Position numbers and translations under genes: made by a program. Positions 10,528 to 21,115 of a stretch of 64,000 nt of DNA are shown here, piece by piece. Source of the stretch: a virus (lineage: Duplodnaviria > Caudoviricetes); IMG/VR virus record IMGVR_UViG_3300043104_000334. One strand, written 5' to 3'. The notes under the pieces are model-generated. The model made no database searches. It saw only the letters and a list, made by a program, of their open reading frames with translations, and was not told the DNA's origin. Each line of letters opens with the position of its first letter. Within the stretch, counting starts at the first letter, position 1.

Positions 10528-11305
10528 TTACGTACACTCCTTCTTCATACAGTTTTAATATTGTTCTTATATCCATAAACTTTCCACGGTTATAATCCAA
10601 CGCATAGTTTAGCCTTACAATATTTTTATAAGGCAACAATGTTATCAATTTGGTCCCCTGTCCAGTCTTAAGATACGTTGTCTTTTCTTCCAAGAACTTT
10701 CTAGCTGACTTTCTGATTGCGTACATTACCAAATCATTACCAAAGTAATCGATGCACTTATTCAGATTACCAAATCTTCCTCTGTCCAACCTAAGAAACA
10801 TTATACAAACATTCCTAGGATAGACAACGCTATCAACCACGAACAATCTTGAAATTTCATCCTCAGTAATAGGACTCACATCCGGAAATGTTCTTTGCAA
10901 TAATTCCAAAGCAGCATCCATATCCTCATAACTATGACTTATCGAAAAGTACATTGTTCTGAGACAATTCTTTTTGAAGAGTATACCATACTTTGAAACC
11001 AATTCTTTGAACACCTCAAAATTAGACTTGGACTCCAAAAGTTGTACATCTGGCTTCTGCAACATAATATAATTCAATAGAGTTTCATTAACTTCTATGT
11101 AAATAATAAGTGTTGCATAACTGTTTGATACAGATATGAAGTTGATAATATCCTTATAGGAGTCTGTCTTAATCTTAATGTAATATGCACCAATGAGCGG
11201 GACTTCCAGTAGTTTAGCAATCTCATAGAAATCATCAAACTTACTGAACACATATTGAAACTCAGGCAGCTCAGCGCTCTTACTCTTTTTATAAAGATAA
11301 TACAC
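10466..11305 (-). CDS. Clamp-loader delta (HolA)-like protein, divergent
   Basis: KYGILFKKNCLRTMYFSISHSYEDMDAALELL...ITEDEISRLF resembles the HolA lid (GI.I...L....GNDL..L..ELEKL...IT.EDV..L); size fits. Confidence 0.45.
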   Translation of the reverse strand: MYYLYKKSKSAELPEFQYVFSKFDDFYEIAKLLEVPLIGAYYIKIKTDSYKDIINFISVSNSYATLIIYIEVNETLLNYIMLQKPDVQLLESKSNFEVFKELVSKYGILFKKNCLRTMYFSISHSYEDMDAALELLQRTFPDVSPITEDEISRLFVVDSVVYPRNVCIMFLRLDRGRFGNLNKCIDYFGNDLVMYAIRKSARKFLEEKTTYLKTGQGTKLITLLPYKNIVRLNYALDYNRGKFMDIRTILKLYEEGVYVNDTLQERTISLTDEKYYALR

Positions 11306-11663
11306 TAAGCTTTTCCTCCCTTTCTTTCATGATACTTTGATGCTGTTTAACACACTCCATCATATCAGCTATGTTTAAGTCCTCTAAATCTATTTGGCTC
11401 ATATATGCATCCCAAACACATAATAAGTCTTCATCACCCGACGCTACAATATCCTTGCGCTCCATCCCAATCAAATCCATAACAGAAATGAATCGCTCAG
11501 AATTAACTTCCACGAGCTTTGTAATAACTCCACCCTCGTCAGGACCAATCGTATCGTAAGGTAAATCGTCCATTTCAGCAATACGCTTATATGGGTCTTC
11601 AAGTCTGACTTTTACCTTATTACGAATAGGGTACTGTGATTCTATAAACCCAATAATATTCAT
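11289..11663 (-). CDS. Hypothetical protein, first gene after the promoter motif
   Basis: 124 aa, AAGGAG RBS. Confidence 0.7.
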   Translation of the reverse strand: MNIIGFIESQYPIRNKVKVRLEDPYKRIAEMDDLPYDTIGPDEGGVITKLVEVNSERFISVMDLIGMERKDIVASGDEDLLCVWDAYMSQIDLEDLNIADMMECVKQHQSIMKEREEKLSVLSL

Positions 11664-11690
11664 GTTAAGTTACTCCTTTCTTCATTTCTA

Positions 11691-11703
11691 CAATTATATA
11701 TGT
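11691..11703 (-). promoter_or_regulatory. Conserved promoter-like motif ACATATATAATTG (copy 1)
   Basis: Identical 13-mer at 21456 and 38611; all intergenic and upstream of operon starts; contains TATAAT. Confidence 0.75.
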
Positions 11704-11712
11704 CACGCTGAA

Positions 11713-12519
11713 TTATTTTTCTTCAGCATTAAGTTTATTCATTACCTCAACGAGATAACGAACAAATTGCTCTGATGTTACAATAGGTATACCACCACGT
11801 TTTGCTGCGTCTACCTTTCCTCTTGTTGTAGAGCCAGGCTCCCTGATAAGAAAGTCAACACCAGACTGTCTTTTTGTTTTCTGATGAAGAATTATAATTC
11901 TTCCTTTGCATGCCATATTAAGAGTATCAATAAAATCTTCTTTCGTCCTGTATCCATTTGGTGTTCCTGTAATCATTATAGTGAATACCGCTTCAGGACC
12001 TTTTGTAACTATTTCTTTAGGCCGCTTAACAAACTGAACATACTTAGCATTATCATAAATTTCATCTTTATTCTTATCAAGAACAGGACGCCACTTACCA
12101 TCGTACTTTTCATATAGTTCATCAAGTGTATAAATTCCGAGTGTCTTTGTTATGTTACCCCACTCGGAATCAACTCCCTCGAAACAGTGTATTCTCAAAA
12201 ACTGTTCCATTGTAACAAGTGGTTTGAAATTCCACAACTCGAACAACTGGAATGGAGATGTAGCATGTATAAGTGTAGCATCGTTTAAACACCCTGCAAA
12301 TCCAATTCCTTTTACGCCCAATAACTTCCTTGCAAAATCAGCCTTAGCTGCAACAAACCCATAACAATGCTCATTAGAACATTTTCTATTTGTGCACCTA
12401 AGGTCCTCATTATAATAGTTCATCATAGGTGAACCACAATGAGGACACTTAGATGGCAACTTGCCTTTTAACCAATCCGGTATATATGGGTCTTTATCGT
12501 GTTCAACCCAAATAGACAT
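11713..12519 (-). CDS. NAD-dependent DNA ligase, C-terminal half (Zn finger-HhH-BRCT)
   Basis: PSKCPHCGS...RKCSNEHC Zn finger; LGVKGIG HhH; BRCT TIMITG...VDFLI...KVDAAKRGGIPIVTSEQF; likely start MSIW at 12519. Confidence 0.85.
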   Translation of the reverse strand: MSIWVEHDKDPYIPDWLKGKLPSKCPHCGSPMMNYYNEDLRCTNRKCSNEHCYGFVAAKADFARKLLGVKGIGFAGCLNDATLIHATSPFQLFELWNFKPLVTMEQFLRIHCFEGVDSEWGNITKTLGIYTLDELYEKYDGKWRPVLDKNKDEIYDNAKYVQFVKRPKEIVTKGPEAVFTIMITGTPNGYRTKEDFIDTLNMACKGRIIILHQKTKRQSGVDFLIREPGSTTRGKVDAAKRGGIPIVTSEQFVRYLVEVMNKLNAEEK

Positions 12520-12535
12520 ACGTAATCTCCTTATC

Positions 12536-13585
12536 TTAGATAATTTCCAAGCTAGCACTCACAATGTAGATGTCATCCATGTCCTCAGTGGATTCAAAGT
12601 AATCATCACCAATAAGGTGCGTCCAGTAGGTATATGTTACAAGCACGTTACCACTATCATTAAGCTGATTCCATTCATCCGGCGTAACACTCACAAAGAA
12701 CCAATCCGCATGCTCATTGTCATCCAGATAAACCTTGATGAAGAGCTGGTTACCATAGACATCAATCTTCTCATAATCGAGGTTCTTCGTTTCTGTATAG
12801 GATGCACCAATCATTGTCCAATCAGTCATATCTGTACGCTCCGGGAGCGTAAGCCATGTCTGCGCTACATAGTGCTTGTATTCATCAGATGCTGTGTCAT
12901 ACAATGGTGCAATAGCCTCCTGAATCCAAGCGTCACGTTCCGCTTCAGCCTGAGTAATTAAATCAGCCGCCGGAACCTGCTGAGTTTGATAGGATTCAAT
13001 TTCATCACCAGTATAACCCGCAGCTCTTAACTGTGTAATCTCATCGGGTGTGTATAAGAATGTCTCTTCACCCACTGGATCGAGCCACTCGAGTCCCTCT
13101 GTACTTGTATCAACATCTGTACTAGAATCTCCACTTGGCTTAAGTAAGATATACCCGACGACAAGCACCGCTACAACAATAGCAGCAATACCAAATACAA
13201 GCGGTTTACTAAGCTGGAATCCACCGGAACCACCTGTCTGCGTCGTGTTGATGATAGTATCATTTGCAGTACCTTGCACAGTTTGCGTTTGCTGAGTCTG
13301 CTGTACCGGCTGAGCGGTAGAAGACGGCTGATAACTTTCAGTCTGCTGTAATACTACCTGCTGAGTGCTATCAGTAGCATTCGCTCTTGCACTCATCATC
13401 CTTTCACGGAGTTGCTCCTGCTGACTCTTATGAGATTGTTGAACTGGCTGACTCTGAATTGTCTGCTGTGTACTTGCAGCCCGCTGCGTATCTTCATTGT
13501 CTGGAACTTTATCACTACGCATCTGCTTCATAAGTTCACGCATCTTTTCTGCGTCTTCAGTAGTCATACCATTAAATCTATCCAT
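12536..13585 (-). CDS. Bitopic membrane protein (Gln-rich N-terminus, acidic outer domain)
   Basis: TM LVFGIAAIVVAVLVVGYILL. Confidence 0.75.
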   Translation of the reverse strand: MDRFNGMTTEDAEKMRELMKQMRSDKVPDNEDTQRAASTQQTIQSQPVQQSHKSQQEQLRERMMSARANATDSTQQVVLQQTESYQPSSTAQPVQQTQQTQTVQGTANDTIINTTQTGGSGGFQLSKPLVFGIAAIVVAVLVVGYILLKPSGDSSTDVDTSTEGLEWLDPVGEETFLYTPDEITQLRAAGYTGDEIESYQTQQVPAADLITQAEAERDAWIQEAIAPLYDTASDEYKHYVAQTWLTLPERTDMTDWTMIGASYTETKNLDYEKIDVYGNQLFIKVYLDDNEHADWFFVSVTPDEWNQLNDSGNVLVTYTYWTHLIGDDYFESTEDMDDIYIVSASLEII

Positions 13586-13586
13586 T

Positions 13587-16500
13587 TTATATTACCTCCG
13601 TAATCTTTCTATTTCGCACTTCGTCGAATACTGCATTAACCTCGTCCTCAAGGTAGTTTATTCTAAGCGGTGTTCTCATTGTCTTGTTACCAATTACGTA
13701 TACAACGGTGTAATAACCATCTGGTATGGTCAGCTTTTGAACACCCTGATTAACTGCTTCCTGTTCTTCAGCAGTCTTAAGGTTTGTAAGGTCTATAACA
13801 CATTCGTCCATAAGATATAACACGTCCGGATTCCTAACACATCTCTCTTCAACTGGTAATAACTCTTCAACATTCGAAATATCGTCCGCATCACCATTGT
13901 TATCATCTCCAGCCTCTTCAACAATAAGGTCACCGTTTGCATCAATATGAGTGTAGGTAGTCGACCACTCATCCATATCCATATACTGCGTAGTGTCCTC
14001 AGCTTCAACAGGTTTAGAAACGATTACTTCAAGAGTTCCATCTCTGTCAAGCTGTTCTATATAACGCTTAACAGACTCATGAATTCTCTCAACATGACTT
14101 AGCGGTTTTCTCTCTTTCTTTGTGAGCATTGTTTCAATAAGAGTATGCGTCAATGAATCATGCTGTACATGCTTAGCAACCTCGTCTACAGTTTTATACT
14201 TGGCAATTAAATCTTGCATATATTCCTTAATCTCATTGTTACGATAATCAGAAAGCACTTGCAAGTAATCATGCCCTGTAAGCATGTAGTTGCCTTTATG
14301 ATATTCCTCAACAACCTTATCGCGTAATGGAATATCGACCTCATACGCTGAATCTTTTCCCTGATACCAGTTGTCAATAAATGCTGGTGCCGCATAGAAT
14401 GGTGGCATATTCTCAATGTCTAATTCCATACATTCCTTAAACATTGAAATGATTTCTTCCTTAGGTATTGACTTATCATAAGATAAAAGAATTTCATCAT
14501 GAATAGGAAGGATCATTCTAACCATAGGTAGCATCTTACCATCATAATCCTTTTCCTTGTCCCATCCCTTTGCTCTGATATAGTTCCATACTTTGGTTTC
14601 TACTATCTTAAGCATCTGAGCACCAGTACCCTGCACCGGAGTATTATTACCAGAACGCACCATAGACTGCGCGAGCTTAGGGTCAACCGTAGGATCAAGC
14701 AATTCAGGAAAATATCTGTAGTAGCAGAATGCCGTTTTGATATAACCGTTCTTCTTTAGGAACTCTTCATTGTTCTTTAGGTAAGCCTTGATATGAGGCA
14801 GACCATTAAAGAAATCTGTAATCTTCTTACGTTCCTCTGCAAGATTCTCCTTAGTATAAGCCGGACCAAAATCTCTTCGCGCAAGTCCATATTCAGTCAT
14901 CATGTATACGACACCAAAGTTAACAGACTTACCTTTCTTTCTGTCTTCCTCCGAAATCATATACATAGGTTTCTTCTGGATAATGGATAGGATTGCTCGA
15001 TGAATATCAACACTAGCATCAGCCTCGAGTTCCATAAGGTCTTTCTGCCCAGCAAGTCCAGCTAGAATTCTAAGCTCTACCTGTTTCCAGTCACATGATA
15101 CTAAACCATGATGTGGGCTATCTGCAACAGCACAAGATTTCATAGTGTCTGAAAACTGATGCGCATCTGACGTCTGCCTGTTTGAACCTGCACCAACCTG
15201 ATTAATATAGAACTTAAAGTATCCATCAACACTGTGATTCATAAGACGGTTTAATGCACCAAGTTCCTTAAGACATTTCTTATAAGTCTGATAGATTACC
15301 AAGCTAGGGTACTTATTCTTAGCTAAGTCCTTTCCAGCTATTATAACCTTACCATTCCTGTCAACAATATCTTTAGGCACAGGAACATTTGGGTCAGCCT
15401 CACGATAACCAGTATCAATGATTCTATCTATAGCAAACTTTGATGTAGATGGCATACCCTTATTCGTACGTACTTCAACCTTACATCTAAGCTTGTTATA
15501 TAAAATATCTGATAATACCTCATAGGAATTAATATTTCTAGAGGTATGATGAATCTTCTTAAACATGTTACTAAGAAGTTCCACTTTATACTCTTCATCT
15601 TCAATCAGCTTTACAAGCCTCTGTTGGTCCATACGAATTCCATAGAACTCGTTCATCGCCTTTATAGGAGGCAATCCCATTTCGAGACTCATAACAAACG
15701 ATTCATCCTTAGGTAGCTTACTCATAAGATAAGGGTAAAGCTTTGCCGGAGACGTAGCATCAGGGCAACCATAAAGCTTTACAATCTCTGGTGGAAGAAC
15801 ATTGAACTTAACCGGTCCAATAAAGATATCTTCCAATGTAAGATAAAAGTTGTGGTCAACCTGTGCAGTAAGATTCTTCAGTGTATGTGAACCTTTCTTA
15901 ATAAGAGGATTTACGAGAACTGCGAGAAGATACGTATCAACATCACAGCGTATAATCTCCCTGTATTCTTCATAGAATCCTTCAATCTCGAACTTAACAT
16001 TATGTCCAAGAATGATTACTTCTGGGAAAGGTGGCTGATTATTTATGGCATCAAAAATCCTACGCAAAAACTCAAGTGGAAGATTGTATTCAAAGTTCTG
16101 CTGTCTGAACGGGAAATAGGTTGACCATTTTGTACCAAGTCCTAAGAACACACCAGTAATCCTGTTTGTTGATGCAGGACCCCAGTCTGTACTAAAGGAT
16201 TCAATATCGAATGACTTAAGTTGCTCTTTAGAGTTAATCCATTCAGTAAGTCTCTTCTCACCCTCTTCAAATGATTGAACAACTACATAATCGTTTGATG
16301 GGTCAATAACATGAGACACCTGTGGATATCTCCTAAGTAGCTCGTCATAAGAATAATATTCAGCCTGTTCAGTACGCACAGTATGACTTCTATCAACCCT
16401 CTGAACATCACTCATCAACTCATAGAGTTCCCAGTTGATAGGCTTATCAGATGCAATATAGATAGAGTCACTCACTTCAGCAATACGTATCTCACCAAGA

Positions 16501-16880
16501 TTAGTCTTGTAGAACTCACTTGCAATACGACCATTTACCATACTACGTTTGTACATCATAGTAGAAGTGTCGTTTTCTTTTGAAATGTCCATTATGAACA
16601 TTCCATCCTCAACTCTGACATCTTTCTTCTCTGCAACGTGCAGAAATGTAGACTCAGCCTTTATCTTCATGATACCGGAGATAATGTTCTTTTCCCCATA
16701 ACACTTCTCAACATTATTTGTCTGTATATAAGACGCAACACATTCAGAAGTATCAATGACGTTGTACTGCTCAATGTCAGTAAGAACGTCTATTCGTTCA
16801 TTAGATGAATTATCAGTATACCATACAATCGCATAAGCATCATTCGATGTACTGAAATTCACCGTTCCAATTTTTAGCAT
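13587..16880 (-). CDS. polA: Family A DNA polymerase with 3'-5' exonuclease and no 5'-3' exonuclease
   Basis: ExoI SFDIES, ExoII GHNVKFE, ExoIII YGCPDA; motif A DWKQVELRILA, motif B RKKGKSVNFGVVY, motif C IHDEIL. Confidence 0.93.
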   Translation of the reverse strand: MLKIGTVNFSTSNDAYAIVWYTDNSSNERIDVLTDIEQYNVIDTSECVASYIQTNNVEKCYGEKNIISGIMKIKAESTFLHVAEKKDVRVEDGMFIMDISKENDTSTMMYKRSMVNGRIASEFYKTNLGEIRIAEVSDSIYIASDKPINWELYELMSDVQRVDRSHTVRTEQAEYYSYDELLRRYPQVSHVIDPSNDYVVVQSFEEGEKRLTEWINSKEQLKSFDIESFSTDWGPASTNRITGVFLGLGTKWSTYFPFRQQNFEYNLPLEFLRRIFDAINNQPPFPEVIILGHNVKFEIEGFYEEYREIIRCDVDTYLLAVLVNPLIKKGSHTLKNLTAQVDHNFYLTLEDIFIGPVKFNVLPPEIVKLYGCPDATSPAKLYPYLMSKLPKDESFVMSLEMGLPPIKAMNEFYGIRMDQQRLVKLIEDEEYKVELLSNMFKKIHHTSRNINSYEVLSDILYNKLRCKVEVRTNKGMPSTSKFAIDRIIDTGYREADPNVPVPKDIVDRNGKVIIAGKDLAKNKYPSLVIYQTYKKCLKELGALNRLMNHSVDGYFKFYINQVGAGSNRQTSDAHQFSDTMKSCAVADSPHHGLVSCDWKQVELRILAGLAGQKDLMELEADASVDIHRAILSIIQKKPMYMISEEDRKKGKSVNFGVVYMMTEYGLARRDFGPAYTKENLAEERKKITDFFNGLPHIKAYLKNNEEFLKKNGYIKTAFCYYRYFPELLDPTVDPKLAQSMVRSGNNTPVQGTGAQMLKIVETKVWNYIRAKGWDKEKDYDGKMLPMVRMILPIHDEILLSYDKSIPKEEIISMFKECMELDIENMPPFYAAPAFIDNWYQGKDSAYEVDIPLRDKVVEEYHKGNYMLTGHDYLQVLSDYRNNEIKEYMQDLIAKYKTVDEVAKHVQHDSLTHTLIETMLTKKERKPLSHVERIHESVKRYIEQLDRDGTLEVIVSKPVEAEDTTQYMDMDEWSTTYTHIDANGDLIVEEAGDDNNGDADDISNVEELLPVEERCVRNPDVLYLMDECVIDLTNLKTAEEQEAVNQGVQKLTIPDGYYTVVYVIGNKTMRTPLRINYLEDEVNAVFDEVRNRKITEVI

Positions 16881-17415
16881 AACTTAGCACCTCACAGTCT
16901 ATTCTACTTGGCAGTAATGGTTTTGAATTTGAATCCTCTACTGAAAAGTAAAGATAACCATCACTAACACAAATAACAACTTCAGGTTTACCCCTAAAGA
17001 AACCACGATAAGAACTCTCTGCATTTATAAGTACATCAGCAAGAACCTGCATGATGTGATACCCGAAGCTCTGTTCTTCAGGACAACTATTATAGATATC
17101 CTGAATAGCAGAACGGAACTTCTTATCCATACTCATAAAGTCTTTTATACACCCAGAAAATTGCTTAGGGTCTTTAACCTGTCCTTTCATGATAAGCATA
17201 AGAACATACCGATATTTCTTTATGGTTTCCATCTCAAAATAACATTCTAATAACTGCACAACATCTGCTCTGCAAACAACCTTGTTTCGTATGCTGTTAT
17301 TACGATAGTAAAATTCGAGATTGTCCCAGTCCTTTATACCGGTATCATATGTTGTAACTGTGGTAGTACATTTTGTATACTTTATTGACACATCGTATTC
17401 ACTCAACATAGTCAA
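16840..17415 (-). CDS. Hypothetical protein
   Basis: 191-aa ORF, GGAGG RBS, TTG start. Confidence 0.7.
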   Translation of the reverse strand: MTMLSEYDVSIKYTKCTTTVTTYDTGIKDWDNLEFYYRNNSIRNKVVCRADVVQLLECYFEMETIKKYRYVLMLIMKGQVKDPKQFSGCIKDFMSMDKKFRSAIQDIYNSCPEEQSFGYHIMQVLADVLINAESSYRGFFRGKPEVVICVSDGYLYFSVEDSNSKPLLPSRIDCEVLSYAKNWNGEFQYIE

Positions 17416-17501
17416 CGTCCTCCACTTCGTCTTCCTCTTTTACGATAGTAAAACGCTTACCTTTGTCGATTAGTTCCTCAATAGAGCTATTCATGACATC
17501 A

Positions 17502-18971
17502 TCAATTGTTAGCTCCAAGACATCTCCAATGTGCCTCTGACTGTGATATCCCATAGGTCTCATACTCCTTTAATGCTTCGAAGCAGTCATCAATTTTGAG
17601 GTAGTAAACATCATCATACTCCTCTTCCAATGCTACAACGAAATTATACTTGGTTAATACAATACGGTAATCAGTTCTACCTTTGTATGTTCCAAAATAC
17701 TCACCAGGCAAGTCAAGTATCTCTTTCTTGAAGTGCAATAAACCGTTTGCTTCGAATGTAACAATCTGTCTGGGAACAGTAATATTCTTACCTTGCATAA
17801 CACTAAGTATGCGATCAAGTAAAGCAAGCGTAGTATCTTCATTTTCCTCGAGCAACTCATCATCAATCTCACCAAGCCTGTAGGCAAGCTTGATGCGCTC
17901 GGTTATGAAGAATGCTGATTTGTTATAATCAAATTCTTTATTATCCGACAATGTATTTATATACATGTTTGATTTCGAAGTGCTGAAAATATTCTCCGGC
18001 TTGAGTGCAACCATAAGTTCGATATCCACATCCTTAAACTCACTAAAGTACTCCTCATTAGTCGGAAGATATGTACAAATAATGCTGTTAATAAAGTCAT
18101 TATTGTATTCAACAGGGTCCTCGTCCCTATAATCTATTCCCAAGATACTTAAGGCATCCATGAACTTCACACATAGACCAAATTCAGCTTTGTGAGCATC
18201 AGGGTTAATAAATATCTTTGTTACATTAGGATAGATAATATATTTGTTATCGTCCTCATGCACGAAGTTTCTTTTATAATTACCGTTAGAATCGATAAGG
18301 AATGTTGGATACCATCTGAAATCCGTAACCGTAACATAATTACGTTTACGGTCCTTAGCTTTAATATCCATGTAAGCGAATATGAAAGAGAATAGATTGG
18401 CTTTATACTGTTTTGAGTAACTCCAGATAGACTTCATGATGTAAGGTAACTCTCTAACAGTTTCCTCGAATGCATCATTAGATATCATTTCATCCTGTCT
18501 AACCTGAAGAACCTTTTCTTCCTCAGTGTCTCCATCCCCATCATAGTTGCGTAAGGTACGAGTGTATGTTTCAACATTTGCGATTACTGGTGACTTGTTA
18601 TTCTTCTTATAACCGACACACATATTGATAACATACTCTTTTACTTTTGTACTCTCTACGCCATCTATAATTAAATCTTCAAGCGTAGAGTAATTGCCTA
18701 AGCTCTGTTCAACTTCCTGTAGCATTCCATACTGTTTCACTTCACGCACCATAGCAGGATTCAAGTCCTTATATGCATACAATGTGTACGCAAGAAACTC
18801 GGACTGTTTATACTTACTTTTAAGCGTGCCATTAAATTGCCTTTTGATTTCATCGGCTTCACCATTAAATGGACTAAAGCTGTCATACGTTGCAGGCCCT
18901 TCTCTTGTAATCAAATCCTCAAGCACAGTCTTGCTAGGATAGGCACTAAAGCATCTAGTTTGTCTTAACAC
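17502..18971 (-). CDS. Hypothetical protein
   Basis: 489-aa ORF, GTG start with AGGA/GGAGG upstream; no motif recognised. Confidence 0.75.
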   Translation of the reverse strand: MLRQTRCFSAYPSKTVLEDLITREGPATYDSFSPFNGEADEIKRQFNGTLKSKYKQSEFLAYTLYAYKDLNPAMVREVKQYGMLQEVEQSLGNYSTLEDLIIDGVESTKVKEYVINMCVGYKKNNKSPVIANVETYTRTLRNYDGDGDTEEEKVLQVRQDEMISNDAFEETVRELPYIMKSIWSYSKQYKANLFSFIFAYMDIKAKDRKRNYVTVTDFRWYPTFLIDSNGNYKRNFVHEDDNKYIIYPNVTKIFINPDAHKAEFGLCVKFMDALSILGIDYRDEDPVEYNNDFINSIICTYLPTNEEYFSEFKDVDIELMVALKPENIFSTSKSNMYINTLSDNKEFDYNKSAFFITERIKLAYRLGEIDDELLEENEDTTLALLDRILSVMQGKNITVPRQIVTFEANGLLHFKKEILDLPGEYFGTYKGRTDYRIVLTKYNFVVALEEEYDDVYYLKIDDCFEALKEYETYGISQSEAHWRCLGANN

Positions 18972-19179
18972 TCCTTATCCCCTCCAATAATAATGCTGTT
19001 TGCTCCCCAAGCATTACCCCAACTGTATAGTTTTCTCGCATATATCGTAATGCACCCATAGGGTCATCCGGATATACAGTTGTAAGATATGCTACCAACT
19101 CCTCAGGGCTATAGTCAGATTTCTCCCTGCCCTTAAGGGAATTAACATCAATTACTCTTTGAAATATGTTCTTCATCAT
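18955..19179 (-). CDS. Hypothetical protein
   Basis: 74 aa, in operon. Confidence 0.6.
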   Translation of the reverse strand: MMKNIFQRVIDVNSLKGREKSDYSPEELVAYLTTVYPDDPMGALRYMRENYTVGVMLGEQTALLLEGIRSVKTN

Positions 19180-19184
19180 TCACC

Positions 19185-19376
19185 TCAAATGCTGTTGAAC
19201 CAATTAGCAAAATCATCGACTGTTGACTCATCATTTATAACTTCCACTGTAGGTTCCTCTTCCTTGAAGTAGGAACCATCCTTGATAAGCAAGTAATATA
19301 GATAATTCCTATCCCTGTTTACTTTACCAGTAAGCATGCATAATTCTCGCATATAGATATCTTCAGATGGTTCCAT
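19185..19376 (-). CDS. Hypothetical protein
   Basis: 63 aa, GAGG RBS. Confidence 0.6.
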   Translation of the reverse strand: MEPSEDIYMRELCMLTGKVNRDRNYLYYLLIKDGSYFKEEEPTVEVINDESTVDDFANWFNSI

Positions 19377-19396
19377 ACTTATTTCCTCATTTCTTA

Positions 19397-20134
19397 TTAG
19401 TCTTCTGATTCATATTCCGAATCAATGTTTGTGTAAATATCCGGCTCCACACCGTTTGTTTTCATATCTTCCATTGGAATGTCATCATGTTTCTCTAACT
19501 CACCTGATATTGTAAGGCTCTCCGTTTCTTTATCCGCAGTCACAATCTGTTCTTTACGTTCACGTATTACATTTATCTGTATTATGTAAACCATGATTGC
19601 TACGATAGCGATAATCATGATGAACACAATCATATTTACATAATACTCTTTTAACCCGAAGCTGTGTGTGGCGACTACCATATTAATAATGATGATTACA
19701 GTAGATACACTGAACAGATTTGTAGCACGAATTATAACACTGTTCTTTGATATACTATCAATGTCATTACACTTCTGACACTGTGTCTTCGTTGTCTGGA
19801 TATTAACACAAGATACACAGATGAACCAGATGAACCAGCACACAATTGCACTGATGCCACAGAAAGCTTTTATAACATCTGTGCTCATAGAAACCGGTCT
19901 CTCAATGTCCGGTAACTTGATGGCGAGAACTGTACAAATTCCAAACCTTAAAACAAGCTGGAATATCTGTATACCAAACAGTGCACTCCAGACGGCATTG
20001 TTGTGTCTAGCATACATCCACACCGGCATAGCAAGAGATGCGATGATGATAAGCTCCCACGGTTGCAGCAGTCCTATTGAATAGGATAAGAAACTTCCAG
20101 CAACAAGGACATAAAATAATATACAACTACTCAT
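19397..20134 (-). CDS. Polytopic membrane protein
   Basis: About 6 TM segments; likely start MSSCIL at 20134 with GGGAGG RBS. Confidence 0.7.
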   Translation of the reverse strand: MSSCILFYVLVAGSFLSYSIGLLQPWELIIIASLAMPVWMYARHNNAVWSALFGIQIFQLVLRFGICTVLAIKLPDIERPVSMSTDVIKAFCGISAIVCWFIWFICVSCVNIQTTKTQCQKCNDIDSISKNSVIIRATNLFSVSTVIIIINMVVATHSFGLKEYYVNMIVFIMIIAIVAIMVYIIQINVIRERKEQIVTADKETESLTISGELEKHDDIPMEDMKTNGVEPDIYTNIDSEYESED

Positions 20135-20156
20135 AATAGTTACCCTCCCTTTAGTA

Positions 20157-20615
20157 TTATATAACGCACCCAGGCATATAGGCATTCATAATGTCAAGTG
20201 CCTTAGCATGCAAATTTGAAGACTTTCTGTCTGCACAGTATTCCTTTAATACACGTACCCTACATCCACATGAGTACATAGACATAGCGCAACAAAGTAC
20301 TGATGCCGCGGTAGAGATACCAATGATATCATACTCTGCATCTTTCCGGAACATAGAGCAATCAACATCATATCCCGGGACCACAATAACATTGTCACTC
20401 TGGTAATCTAAGTAAACATTGTCACTTGACATCATCTCACCGGAGCGCCTGAAATTTGTATCACCATTCATAGGCTTACGTACAATAGACATGACACTGT
20501 CATACTGGTCACTATTTCCATTGATGAAGTCGAGAATCTTTCTTTTCTGCTTCTTGTCAATAAGTGCCAGCTTCTCTTTCTGGCAACCAATAACAACTAA
20601 GTATCTGGTCTCCAT
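20157..20615 (-). CDS. Isochorismatase/cysteine-hydrolase-fold protein, degenerate
   Basis: LVVIGCQ (cf. LLVIDMQ), GISTAASVLCCA (cf. G..T..CV..TA), RVRVLKEYCAD...HAKALDIM. Confidence 0.65.
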   Translation of the reverse strand: METRYLVVIGCQKEKLALIDKKQKRKILDFINGNSDQYDSVMSIVRKPMNGDTNFRRSGEMMSSDNVYLDYQSDNVIVVPGYDVDCSMFRKDAEYDIIGISTAASVLCCAMSMYSCGCRVRVLKEYCADRKSSNLHAKALDIMNAYMPGCVI

Positions 20616-21115
20616 TATTCTTTTTCCTCCTTATACAATTTCATAGCTTCGACAATTTTCTTTATCATCTGTTCGTCATCCTCGTCTGTCTCAAATATGA
20701 CATGATATGATCTAGCATAAAACTCGATTGCCCATCTTGTTAGTGAGCCCCACTCTAACAGACCGGCAGAGTCCTTCATACCCTTTTTTGTGGACAGCTC
20801 ATCACAAACATCTCTGCAATCTTTGTAAAGTGTTTCTGCATAGGCACGAAGCTTTCTTCTTTCTGTGTACAGACCGAGCCTTACATCCATATAGAACTCA
20901 AGCCGAATTGCAGTTCCTTCAACGAGAGATTTCTTCATAGAGATTTCCCTTTCCTCGTCAGGATGTTCATTGTACAACTTTTCAAGTTCTTCACTCTCAT
21001 CTTTGAGAGTTTTAGCAAGGCTCTTTACATCTATGAATTCACACTCTTCGGTCTGTGCAAGCATTTTGTTGCATTCAGCTACAATTTGCTGAACCGAATT
21101 AACGACCTTACTCAT
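20615..21115 (-). CDS. Hypothetical helical protein
   Basis: 166 aa, coupled to neighbours. Confidence 0.7.
   Translation of the reverse strand: MSKVVNSVQQIVAECNKMLAQTEECEFIDVKSLAKTLKDESEELEKLYNEHPDEEREISMKKSLVEGTAIRLEFYMDVRLGLYTERRKLRAYAETLYKDCRDVCDELSTKKGMKDSAGLLEWGSLTRWAIEFYARSYHVIFETDEDDEQMIKKIVEAMKLYKEEKE

Noticed and set aside
17502-18971. Sigma factor candidate (also 38130-38552 and 28343-28669 as omega or sigma)
   Set aside because: No region 2/4 or omega motifs recognisable; left as hypothetical
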